NCBI GenBank assembly: GCA_025603075.1
Contig: MU626323.1
Coordinates: 1-64,000, forward strand
Direction: 5' to 3'
Length of the DNA stretch: 64,000 nucleotides
From: Neoconidiobolus thromboides FSU 785
Lineage: Eukaryota > Fungi > Entomophthoromycota
Positions 50,390 through 61,223 of the stretch are shown here, one piece after another (position 1 is the stretch's first letter; every line of letters begins with the position of its first letter). The notes below the pieces were generated by a model, which was given only the letters and a program-made list of their open reading frames with translations, was not told the origin of the DNA and searched no databases. The position numbers were made by a program, and so were the translations under genes.

Positions 50390-51831
50390 TAAAATATGTT
50401 GATTGTTTAAAATCTCCGAGCATTTGAGGAGCGTCCCTCAAATCCCTTTTATTAATATTGTTATTTCTCTTATCAAAGAAGAGCCATTTATATTCACTAT
50501 GAGTAGGTATTTCGGTTGGGAATGGAAAAAACCAAGTATGTGTGGTTTGGCGGCAGGGGAAATGTGAAGTAATAGTATGGGATGGGTTAAGAATTAAGCA
50601 TGTTTTTGAAAAAAAAGGATCATGTATTTAAAGAAACTAACTAGAACGTAAATTTTTTAGAATCTCTAGCATCATTTCTAATGATAACGAAAAACGGAAG
50701 CGTCGCCGTCGTATTACCGATCTACCATTTAGAAAAAGTTGGTCTGTAGAGCTTTTTAGTGATAGTAGTAAGGGTCTTGTTGAAAAAATTAGAGAGAATA
50801 GTAATAAATCAGTAATGATAGATGTTCTTTTTCAACGCTTTACTTTGGATGTTTTAGGAAAAGGCTTATTTAGTTTTGATTTTGAAGCAATTAGAAACAA
50901 TGGAAAAAGGAAAATGATGAAAGTTTATAGTGAAATCTTAAAAGAATTATTTAATTTAATATATTTTATTTTCCTTATATCAGAATCTGTTGTTCCGTCA
51001 TGAGAATATTATCACTATAAAATTGATGAGCTCTGTTCATTTTTAGCTGATATTATTGGAGTTCGTACGAAAGAAATTGAAAGTAGAAATAGTAAAGATG
51101 GTTTTGTTAGTTTGATGCTTAATAATATGACGAGACCAACTAAAGAAGTTTAACTACTGATGAAGTAGTAAATAACTTGGCTGCTTTCTTTTTAGCAGAG
51201 GATAATACTATAGTAAATTCTCTTACTTCTACCATTCATTTTTTCTCAAAATATCCAGAAATCCAAGGAAAAACTCAAAGAACTAATTAATATTTTAGGT
51301 AATAGTGGGAACTGTATACCATCTCATGAACAGTAAAAAAAGCCTTATTTATCTAAACTGCTTTATCAAAGAAACCATGTAGTTTATTACTACAGTTAGT
51401 TCATTAAAACGCTACTGTGTTAAGGATGAGATCATCCCTAATGGGGCGCTGATTAAAAAGGAGGCCTATGTTACTTACCATTTTTGGGTATTGCGCCATA
51501 CTTAAAAGTACTTTCCAAACCCAGAAAAATTCGATCCCAATCGCTTCTTGGACCCACATAGTGAGCAAATTAATTCATGGATGGCATTTAGCTACAGCTT
51601 TAGGCTGTGTAAGAGTATCACTATTGTTATTTAACTAATCATTTTTTAGATATTGTTATTAACTTTTCATTAATTGAACAAAGGGTTGGGTTCTTATTGT
51701 TATTACAAAAATATCAAACTAAATTAGGTCAGAATTCAAAACAACGGGAAAAGCTATTACTTATTACCACTGGACTTATACTTTCAAAGGATTTGGATAT
51801 TCAATTTATAAATAGGGTGGATATTATTTAA
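50390..51831 (+). pseudogene. Cytochrome P450 pseudogene
   Basis: FTLDVLGK, KYPEIQ, K-helix IKETM*, PEKFDPNRF, heme motif decayed to FSYSFRLC; several stops and frameshifts. Confidence 0.85.
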
Positions 51832-52004
51832 AGCCAATGAAGGAATAAAGTATTAAAAAAACTATACTTTATTATTTTATTTAAATCATTTACTTGTAAA
51901 CTAAAATCATTTGTAAATGCAGTAAAATTTACTTTAAAGAATGGTCACTTATTTAATATTAAACCACTTCTTACTATTATATATAGTAGGCAAAACTAGT
52001 ATAC

Positions 52005-52097
52005 GGGAGTGTTTTTTTACCTCATTATTTTTTCCATTTTTTAAGCGCTATTTAAGCGGAAATTTTGTTGGTAAAATTCTTATAAAAATACATCCCT
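52005..52097 (-). mobile_element. MITE copy 11
   Basis: Reverse copy; flanks ATAC/ATAT. Confidence 0.85.
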
Positions 52098-52375
52098 ATA
52101 TTATATTAAAAAAGTATAATTTCGCATATTAAATAAGTGATACCAATTTTTATTGTACGGAGTTATTCCTTTTGGTAGATAATACTAGTAAATAATAGTG
52201 CAAGATATATTTTTCTCAGCATTTTATTTTCGGAGGATTGTACATGATATTCATTGAAATATTAGTTATACATATAAGCTGCTCGAGTTGTAAGTCAAAG
52301 ACTCTGCTATTACACTCGATTACAGTAAAATGAAATTTACAAATTGTCATTAATTTTTACATTTAAAATAATATT

Positions 52376-52474
52376 GGGGATGTATTTTTGTATTTAAGAG
52401 TTTTACCAACAATTTTTCCACTAAAATAGTGCTTAAAAGATGGAATAAGTAATGAAACCAAAAAAAACATCCCT
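52376..52474 (+). mobile_element. MITE copy 12
   Basis: GGGGATGT...CATCCCT followed by ATAT. Confidence 0.85.
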
Positions 52475-54063
52475 ATATAATAAACTAATAAAATAAAGTA
52501 GGATAAAACTTTAAAGAGATCAAATTATGAAAAAGTTTTTCCACAATAGCTTACGTTTCCATAACACATTGTGTTTACTTATAGTTAACTATCGGAAAGA
52601 AACAGCAGTAAATCCGAGTCTATGAAATTCAATAATTTATCTTTAAAATAATGTTGTTAAATTATCCAAATATACTAAACTTTACTAAAAAAATCTCACT
52701 GTTAAACTTTGGGCAAAGAATAAAAAGGGGTCAAGGGAGATAAGCTGGAATAAAAATTAATAGATTAAGAGTTGACATTTAAGTAACTTAAATATACTGA
52801 AAGAGAAAGCTACTTTTAAAAGTAACTTATGTAAAGTTAAAGTATGGGATTTTTTGTATTGTAAATAAAATAAAATAAAACTCTTTCACTGACCGAATCA
52901 TAGTATTTAAGTTAGGAATATAATAACTTAAATAATAAAAATCCTCTTTTTAGAAATAGAGTTTAATTGAATGTATAAAAAATATTAGGTTTATTAAATT
53001 TGATCATATTTTAATTTTTTTGCATGAATTATTAATTATTCCTTAAAATTAATTATTCAATTAGTATACATAAGTTACTCTTTAGATTATTTTTAAATTG
53101 AATATTATTTATTATATATAAAATAGCCCAATAGCGGTTTGTGGTGGCTTTATCAATAGCATATAAATATTATAATATTATTTACTAAATTATTTTAAAA
53201 TTAAATAAATGCTATGTTCTTTCAAAGTTCTCTCAAAGTAAACAATTCCTACCTTTTTTAATGAAATCATTAAACTTTCTATAATAACACTAATAAAATT
53301 AATGGAGATATTTTGCTTTATTAAGAATAAAAATTTAGATGACAATATTTACACATATAATGATAAAACAATCAATCAACTGATTTTACATAATAATATA
53401 ATAAATGTCATTATAGTTGGTACCAGATTGCTAAAAATATTAAGTTAAACCATTTTTCTTTAAGGATAGTATTTATCAAATATTAAGGGTCATTGTTAAT
53501 TACTTATCGGAAAACATATGATTTTTTATTAAGAGGTAGATAAAAAAAATTTATGCTTTTTGTCAAACTAAAAGGGGTTTTATATATTAAACATACAGAA
53601 CTATACGTTTAATTACTTTTAGGAAAGAGTCATAAAGCGATAATAATAAACATAAGTCTAATTAATATAAAAATGTAGTATTATTGCATGTATTCTAGAT
53701 GAAATAATTTATAAACCATCAATAAGAATATATATCATTTTTTTTATAAATATAAATATGATCAATCATGAAGTGAGCAGTTGTTTTATGTGATTTATTA
53801 AATTTTAGGTAGAATACTAAATCAACTAAAAGTAGTCAACTAGATTAATTTAGAAGAAATAAGTAACTAACTTATCATCTGATAATATAGTAAATAAGTG
53901 GTTTATGATATTTACACCATTCTACATAAAATTTCAAAATATACAATGAATAGAGGAATAACAGGGTTTAATTCAAGGGTATATAAACAGATTAAAATTT
54001 ATCAAATGGGTTATCAAAAAAAAATCGACTGTTTTATACTCTCATATCAAATTGTATATAAAA

Positions 54064-55218
54064 ATGAAAGTTTTCGCTATCTTCGCTGTCACTTCTTCCC
54101 TCCTTGCTTCAGTATTCGCTGATCTTGCTCCATTACACAAAAATGGAAAGGCTATTGAAGGAAGCTACATTGTTACTTTAAAAGGTAATACTCGTACTAC
54201 CATTGACACTCACATCAAGCAAGTTGAAGAACTTTTCACTGAACGCAGTGGATCCAACAAAATTGAATCAGTTTACAAGCATATTGGTAACGCTTACCAT
54301 GCTCGTTTATCTTCATCAGTGTTGGAAAAGGTACGTAATTTACCTGATGTTGACTTTGTTGAAGCTGATGCTGAGGTCAAACTTCATGCCACCCAAACTG
54401 GTGCTCCATGGGGTCTTGCTCGTATCTCTCAGCGTACTTTTACCCAAAAATCTACCTACACTTACAACGGTGATGGTGCAGGAGTAACTGTTTACGTTAT
54501 TGATACTGGTATTCTTACTACCCATCCTGAATTTGAAGGTCGTGCTAGATTTGGTGCCAGATTTGCTGGTAACAATGATAATGATGAGCATGGTCATGGT
54601 ACTCATTGCTCTGGAACTATTGGATCCAAGACTTATGGTGTTGCTAAGAAAGCAAGTCTAGTTGGTGTTAAAGTTTTCGATGGCAGTGGTTCAGGTAGTA
54701 CCTCAGGTATCCTCTCAGCCATCAACTGGGCTGTTAATGATAAGAAAGGTGTCAAAGGTAATGTTATTAGTATGTCCCTTGGTGGTGGTGTATCTACTAC
54801 CCTTAACAACGCTGTACAAACTGCTTATACAAAAGGATTTGTTGTCGTAGTTGCCGCTGGTAACGAAAGCCAAGATGCTTGCAATGTATCCCCAGCTTCA
54901 GCACCAAATGCCATTACTGTTGCTGCTTCCGATATCAATGACAAACTTGCTTCTTTCTCTAACTTCGGTAAATGTGTTGATGTCATTGCCCCAGGTGTTA
55001 ATGTTCTCTCTACCTGGAACAACGGAGGTACCAACTCCATCTCTGGTACTTCTATGGCCACCCCACATGTTGCTGGTCTTGCTGCTTACTACCTTTCCCA
55101 AGGATCATACACTAATGCACAAATCACTTCCAAGATTGTATCATCTGCCACCAAAAATGCCATCAGTAACCCAGGATCTGGAACTCCTAATCTCCTTGCC
55201 TACAACAGTGTTGTATAA
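54064..55218 (+). CDS. Secreted subtilisin-like serine protease (S8A, proteinase K type) with I9 prodomain, intronless
   Basis: Signal peptide [19 protein letters not shown]; triad motifs [25 protein letters not shown]. Confidence 0.95.
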   Translation: MKVFAIFAVTSSLLASVFADLAPLHKNGKAIEGSYIVTLKGNTRTTIDTHIKQVEELFTERSGSNKIESVYKHIGNAYHARLSSSVLEKVRNLPDVDFVEADAEVKLHATQTGAPWGLARISQRTFTQKSTYTYNGDGAGVTVYVIDTGILTTHPEFEGRARFGARFAGNNDNDEHGHGTHCSGTIGSKTYGVAKKASLVGVKVFDGSGSGSTSGILSAINWAVNDKKGVKGNVISMSLGGGVSTTLNNAVQTAYTKGFVVVVAAGNESQDACNVSPASAPNAITVAASDINDKLASFSNFGKCVDVIAPGVNVLSTWNNGGTNSISGTSMATPHVAGLAAYYLSQGSYTNAQITSKIVSSATKNAISNPGSGTPNLLAYNSVV

Positions 55219-55969
55219 GTTTCTTTTAAGTTTCTTTTAATAAAATCTTGAATAGTTTAAATAAGGTTGATATTAGTTTAATGATATACAAAATATAAAT
55301 TACTTTTATTAAAGCCTCTATCTTATAAATCTAATCCAGTTGTATAATTTATGTGGATTTAATTAATAGCAACCATTTAAATTATTCAATAAAACTTTAA
55401 ATTTAATGTATTGACTTTAATGCTAAATATAATTGAGCTTATAAACAAAATCTGACCAAATTGCAAAAATATTTGCCAAATAGAATTTTGAACATTTAAA
55501 ATTCTTTATAAAAAGTCAACAAAATGAAGGTAAGAATGTAGTTATAGTTATTCTTGAAAACCTGAAAATAGCAAAATTGGAAGCGGAAATACTTTTGGAA
55601 AATGGATTTTATTAGAATAAATACAGTTTCTTTTAAAAACAGGTATCGTTATTTTACATTATCAATTTTCTTAGATATAAAACTACTGCTAAAATGGTTT
55701 ATATCATTTTCTTTAAAATATTAAACTAAACACTTATTAAATTTTTGTCAAGTCAATTTCAAAAAGCATAAATTGCCTGGAAAGCAATTTGCAATTTCTA
55801 CTTTCTGCTAATCCCAACTGGATAGCTTTATTCCAATAATATCCCCTATCCCTTAGTAAAAATTTCAAAAATTTGTTCAACCATTTATCGAATTTTATTG
55901 GATAGTTAAAGTAACCTAAAAATTCTTATAAAAGTAGACAGTTGAGACATTTTTTAACATTTAATTTTA

Positions 55970-57016
55970 ATGAAAGCTTTATTACTATTTTTATTTATTA
56001 CTGCTTTTATTGTTCAATGTTATTCAACAAATATCATAAAGGATAATAATTTGGAAGCAGGAAACGAAGATGTCATAAACAGCAAGAAATATCCAGTAGA
56101 AAACAATGGTCGCTTAACAAAAAGAGCTGTGGCAAGTGAAGATTATCAATTGCCTCAAAGTTTTAAATATTCAGATACAATTAGACCCTTGAACAGATAT
56201 GTCAATACCACAAGGATGGAAGCGTTTTTAACTCAATTTTCATCTTTTCATACTCGTTTTTATAAATCAAAGTGGGGACCAGAAGCTTCAGATTGGCTAT
56301 ATGTTACTTTAAATAGCACTATTCATAAATCAAATTATAAAGGTAAGGTAAGACTAATCAAGTACCATCATATCTTTAAGCAGAATAGTATTATTGTAAA
56401 ACTATATGGTAGTAAACCTGAATTGAAAAAACAACTAGTAATCGTTGGAGCACATATGGATTCTATAAACAATAGTGATCCTTTAAATGGTGAAGCTCCT
56501 GGTGTAGATGATGACGGTACCGGTACTGCTTGCTTACTAGAATCTTTATTTATATTACTAAATAATAACGTATTACCTCAACGTACTATTGAATTCCATT
56601 TTTATGCAGCTGAAGAAGCTGGGTTATTAGGTTCTTTTTATATTGCTACCGATTATGCTTCAAAGAAAAAACAAGTGGTTGCTATGACACAATTTGATAT
56701 GACAGGTTATCTTTCAGATAAAAAGCAAATTGGTTTGATAACGGATTACACAGATAACGATGTAACACAGCTATTGGCTAACCTAATTCGAAATTATACA
56801 GAATATGACTATAAACTCATTAAATGCGGTTATCCTTGTTCAGACCATGCTACATGGAACTATATGGGTTATCGTACAGGATTTCCTATTGAAGAAGATG
56901 AATTTAACCCTTTTTACCATACTGAAAATGATAACCTAAAAGGGATTAATCTTAATCACGTAAAAGAATATACAAAACTAGCCATTTCCTTTTTAATTGA
57001 AGTAGCCAAAATCTAA
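55970..57016 (+). CDS. Secreted M28 leucine aminopeptidase, intronless
   Basis: Signal peptide; metal-ligand motifs GAHMDSIN, GVDDDGTG, AAEEAGLLGS, FDMTGY, CSDHATW, YHTEND. Confidence 0.92.
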   Translation: MKALLLFLFITAFIVQCYSTNIIKDNNLEAGNEDVINSKKYPVENNGRLTKRAVASEDYQLPQSFKYSDTIRPLNRYVNTTRMEAFLTQFSSFHTRFYKSKWGPEASDWLYVTLNSTIHKSNYKGKVRLIKYHHIFKQNSIIVKLYGSKPELKKQLVIVGAHMDSINNSDPLNGEAPGVDDDGTGTACLLESLFILLNNNVLPQRTIEFHFYAAEEAGLLGSFYIATDYASKKKQVVAMTQFDMTGYLSDKKQIGLITDYTDNDVTQLLANLIRNYTEYDYKLIKCGYPCSDHATWNYMGYRTGFPIEEDEFNPFYHTENDNLKGINLNHVKEYTKLAISFLIEVAKI

Positions 57017-57143
57017 ATAAACAATATCAAAACTTTATTTAAATCTTAAAGCAATTTATTTATTTATTTTTTTATATAAAGAAACGTTATGAGAAGGTGT
57101 TAGTATTCCTTACATGTTACAGTTTCAGACAAAGTTGGTTAGC

Positions 57144-57238
57144 TTATTTGTATTCAACAGCAACGACCTTACCCAACATGACAGCGGTGTTACCATCAAG
57201 GAAGGCAATACGAGAAAGACCTTCACAGTTCTTGAAGG
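57144..57238 (-). CDS. EFL: 3' end of elongation factor-like (EFL) GTPase, cut by the assembly gap
   Basis: FKNCEGLSRIAFLDGNTAVMLGKVVAVEYK* matches the EFL-type C-terminus rather than EF-1A (PPLGRFAVRD); codon usage of a highly expressed gene. Confidence 0.75.
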
Positions 57239-57338
57239 NNNNNNNNNNNNNNNNNNNNNNNNNNNNNNNNNNNNNNNNNNNNNNNNNNNNNNNNNNNNNN
57301 NNNNNNNNNNNNNNNNNNNNNNNNNNNNNNNNNNNNNN
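57239..57338. other. Assembly gap (100 N)
   Basis: Exactly 100 N, a conventional placeholder for a gap of unknown size. Confidence 0.99.
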
Positions 57339-57396
57339 AACCCTAACCCTAACCCTAACCCTAACCCTAACCCTAACCCTAACCCTAACCCTAACC
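57339..57396 (+). repeat. Telomeric repeat (CCCTAA)n
   Basis: 58 bp of perfect AACCCT units right after the gap, oriented as a left chromosome end. Confidence 0.92.
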
Positions 57397-57442
57397 ATGA
57401 AACATTAAAAACTCCAATTGGAAACATAAGGCACAACTATAT

Positions 57443-57536
57443 CAGTATGTTTTTTTGATTTTATTACTTTTCATATTTTTAAGCACTATTCAAGTGGAAA
57501 CATTGTTGATAAAATTTTAAGCAAAAAAATATATCT
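57443..57536 (-). mobile_element. MITE copy 13 (diverged)
   Basis: Reverse copy 46 bp from the telomere repeat; flanks ATAT/ATGT. Confidence 0.7.
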
Positions 57537-57802
57537 ATGTATGCTTTCAAAACTATTGAAGTTTTTTTAATAAAAAATATTAACAAATATCATTAAAATT
57601 ATTTTATTTTGTAAGCTCCTAAAATTTTCTATATTTATATTGTTATTTTTAAAATGTTTCTTTTGTTTCATCGTTTTTTTATTAAATATTATTTAAGTAA
57701 AAAATATACTTTTGCTTATTTAAAAACTAATATTAATAATAGTTTTAAATTAGTATATAACGTTAATTACAAAACTTGATACTTAAAGCTTAGTTACTTC
57801 AT

Positions 57803-57856
57803 GGAGATGTATTTTTGTGTTTAAGAATTTTACTAACAAATTTTCTGCTTAAACAG
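57803..57856 (+). mobile_element. MITE copy 14, truncated at the LTR junction
   Basis: Left half of the MITE ends exactly where TGTGAAAT of the LTR begins. Confidence 0.75.
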
Positions 57857-58321
57857 TGTGAAATCTAGTACTTAGTGTTTGGAGTCAAGAACAGCTATTA
57901 CTGGGTTGACTACACTATAAGTTTAAAGGTCTTAATTTATATGACTAAGATAGACTTGGATTACGAAGGTTGGTGTGTAATAAGCTACGGGCTATGTAAG
58001 ACAAATAGAATAGACAATACTAATGCAAAATCTATATAAATTACTACTAAGAAAACTTAGTGACTTTGTTAAATGTTTGGAGATATCAAGGAATAATTCA
58101 GTTAAAAAGCCTTGAGTTACTATACTCTAAAATCTCTTTTATACTCTGAAAAGTATAAATACCAAAATAAGAAGATAATATTCTTTGGGATGAAGCTAAA
58201 AATTTTCATAGCAGATCAAACTAAGAACGTGGGATTGATTTTCTCTAAAATCGAGAACACAACAGCTTAGGCGATTGTTATGCTATAATTAACCATGGGA
58301 CTGACAAAGTGATATTTCATA
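57857..58321. mobile_element. Solo LTR-like element, copy 2
   Basis: Collinear with 6911-7378; ends TGTGAAAT..ATTTCATA; flanks ACAG/ATGG do not match. Confidence 0.7.
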
Positions 58322-58323
58322 AT

Positions 58324-58418
58324 GGCGATGTTTTAGCTTCATCACTTTTTGCATCTTTTGAGCACTATTTGAGTGGAAAAATCGTTAGTAAGATTCTTAA
58401 ACACAAAAATATATTGCC
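58324..58418 (-). mobile_element. MITE copy 15
   Basis: Reverse copy abutting the right end of the LTR. Confidence 0.8.
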
Positions 58419-58783
58419 ATATAATTAAATTAGAAATTAATCTAAATTAAATAAACTCAATTAAATAATAAAAGAGTTTATTTTAAAATTAATACAATTA
58501 TAAAATATTAAATGAAAGACATTATTTTATTAAAACAAATACAATAATCAAATAATGCTTTTAATAAATAGTTATATGATCAATTAATAAAATTTATAAA
58601 TGTTATATTGTTTTGATTAGGTATAAGTTTTACTTAATTACTTTAAATTTAATTAATATTTTTAAATTTAAAATTTAGGTATGTATTTTTTATTTTTATC
58701 ATTGCTGTGCATAAATATAATATAATAGCTAGTTATTATAATAGTTTTACTACTAAAACCCCCCAAATTAATTTTTATGATAT

Positions 58784-58882
58784 AAGGATGTATTTTTGTG
58801 TTTAGGAATTTTAATAACAACCTTTCTACTTAAATAGCGCTTAAAAAATGGAGAAGTAATGAAATCAAAAAAAAACATCCCC
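58784..58882 (+). mobile_element. MITE copy 16
   Basis: ATAT flanks; ends CATCCCC. Confidence 0.85.
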
Positions 58883-58998
58883 ATATATTTTACAAAATAG
58901 GGCCTTAACTTAATTTTAGTTTATTATACCATAGTTTTTAATACTTTTAGTAAAAAACCAGGTAATTATTTGATATCAATATACTATTTATAATATAT

Positions 58999-59097
58999 GA
59001 GAGTGTTTTTTTTGACTTCATTATTTTTTCCATTTTTTAAGCGCCATTTAAGCGGAAAATTTGTTGCTAAAATTCTTAAACACAAAAATACATCCCC
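58999..59097 (-). mobile_element. MITE copy 17
   Basis: Reverse copy with ATAT flanks. Confidence 0.88.
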
Positions 59098-59292
59098 ATA
59101 TACTAAATTTTAATTGGCATAACTTTTATGTTATTAGCCACTTAGATAACTTAAATCAATTTAAACTTAATGTTTCATTATGTATAATTTTGATTTTTTG
59201 CAGATTTTATTAAACAAATGCCAAAGCAGCTTGGTTAGATGCTTTTTGTTATTTTAAAACTTGTAATCGATTTTTTCTAATATAATTTATCT

Positions 59293-59386
59293 GGGGCTGT
59301 ATTTTTTTGTTTAAGAATTACTAACAGTCTTTCCGCTCAAATAGGGCTTAAAAAATGCAGAAAATAATGAAACCAAAAAACATCCC
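59293..59386 (+). mobile_element. MITE copy 18
   Basis: GGGGCTGT...CATCCC with direct ATCT/ATCT flanks. Confidence 0.88.
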
Positions 59387-59956
59387 ATCTCTTAATTTAA
59401 TAACATATTAATGGTTGTTTTTCATTAACTAATAATTTTCTTTAATTTTACGCTACATAAAAACGGACAAAAGACAAAAAAACACCATCATATGAATTTT
59501 ACAAATTAAACCTATAAATTGATTTTCCTTAATTTTAAGTAAATTTACAGACTTATTAATATATAAGATGGTCTATGATGATTCACTTTAAATATATTTT
59601 CTAATTTAAATTAGGTTTTTTCCAATCTGATTTTTTTCATCAAACCTTATAATATGTAGTCCACGTATGGTTTTTAATACAAAATTTTATAATAATACCC
59701 AGTGCTTCCCTTGTCTAGAGACAATTGGAATAATATGCTTAAATATAATGTTTGAAAGTAATGCACGTTTCTATAATGAATATATTAAAAGTAGTGTTGT
59801 TTTTTTATTTACCGATACCATAAATTAAAAAATCAAAGTTGAAGCAAAAATTTAACGTGCAATTCAATGCTATTTATTTAATATTATATAATATAAAAGT
59901 TTATTAACAGTATTGTTGAAAGTTTCGCTCGTTTTAGTAATCTAACATTTAGTAAT

Positions 59957-61223
59957 TTATTCCCAAATTCTCCTCCTTCTCGGAGGTGAGTTTGGTTTTT
60001 CAATAGCTTCCTCTAGTTGTGGCGTCACATCAAGTTTACTTGAATTGTATTCTGGTTCGACTATTGGAGGTTCTATATCATGTCTACTTAAATTATCTTC
60101 TGGTTCAATAGTTGGAGGTGTGGCTTTATTAGGTAATGGTGGGGCAACCCAAGTCCTACTTTGGTTGGTTGCAGGAAGGAATTCAAACAGTTGAGTTTTA
60201 TAGTTTTTACACTTTTCCGAATTTGGTAAAGATTGTATCATATAAGCAATAGTAGGGTGAGCTAATCCATAAAATTCTGGACCGGAGCCTGAGTTTGTAA
60301 CAGTTAAGTTCCGTACTTTTGTTGCTTCTTTGATAACTTGAGCCCAAGCTCCAGAGGATGTATCGCTAACAAATTTTTTGGGGTTATCATCACCAACTAC
60401 TTGAAAAATTGGGCCAGTACCATTATCTTCAATACTTGCAGTATAGCATGCTTGAGCATGAGGGTTTACTGTGCTCCTGTAGTAACGCATAATTTTCAAT
60501 CCAATAGGATAAATATACCTAGGAGAATGGAATGTCTCTCTGTTATAATCCACAGTTCCAAGATCCAAAATAGTATAAATTCCAACTTTACATGGCAAAA
60601 TAATGTTTCCGTCGTCATCTCTTGGTATATGCATTACCTTTCTAGGTCCTTCTCTATCTTGCCTTGATTTCTTTTTTGCTTTGGTGGTATTTCCTTTATT
60701 CCCTGGCTCAGAACCTTTTTCATTCTTTTTATTTGATACACTCTTACTCTTGGTATTATTATTTAAAGTCCCTGAATTTTGATATCGTTTAATCATTTCT
60801 GGGTCGTGAATTTCTGAGTTATCTTCTTCAGAAGTGGGTTCTAAATCCATTTGTTTCTCAGCCAACCTATTTAAAGATTTTCTATAGAATAATTAGTAAC
60901 CATAAAATCAAATATATGTCAACTAACCTTTGAATATTCCTAAGCCGCTTTATCTCTTTTTCTGCTTGGCGCAATTCTTCTAAAGCATTCTCATTTTTCT
61001 TTACAAAATGTTACTTAAAAATGTATATATGTATAATTTAGATTACCTTCTCTAATGCTTTTAATTTATACTTAGCATTCTTATATTTATCTTTTATACT
61101 GATAGCTGGATCATCGTGCGAACTTTGACCTTGCATTTTAGATTTTAAATTTCTCGAGTAATTGTTTTGAATCATTAAATTTAACAAGGAATTATCAAAT
61201 AAATGAAGTGAAGATATTTTCAA
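59957..61223 (-). CDS. TBRG1-like protein (N-terminal coiled coil plus FYRN/FYRC); start approximate
   Basis: KDKYKNAKYKLKALEKENE coiled coil; ILDLGTV..FHSPRYIYPIG..RYY.ST; TSSGAWAQV; SGPEFYGLAHPTIAYMIQSLP. Confidence 0.75.

Noticed and set aside
38240-51620. RIP-like G-to-A changes (TGG to TAA in paralog C; Gly to Ser in the P450 heme motif)
   Set aside because: Too few sites, and they are consistent with a general AT-biased mutation spectrum. Only the CpG pattern in the repeats is well supported.
49832-52097. Composite (Pack-type) transposon of two inverted MITEs carrying the P450
   Set aside because: The left MITE has its own ATTT/ATTT duplication and the outer flanks differ, so these are independent insertions.
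54203-55240. Several long overlapping and antisense ORFs over the subtilisin gene
   Set aside because: Shadow ORFs caused by strong codon bias; no motifs.
55771-55797. AAATTGC-N7-GCAATTT palindrome upstream of the aminopeptidase
   Set aside because: Only a 7-bp AT-rich stem, easily due to chance.
57097-57458. ORFs with poly-X and LTLT/NPNP/VRVR repeats
   Set aside because: Artefacts of translating through the N gap and the telomere repeat; only the minus-strand EFL tail is real.
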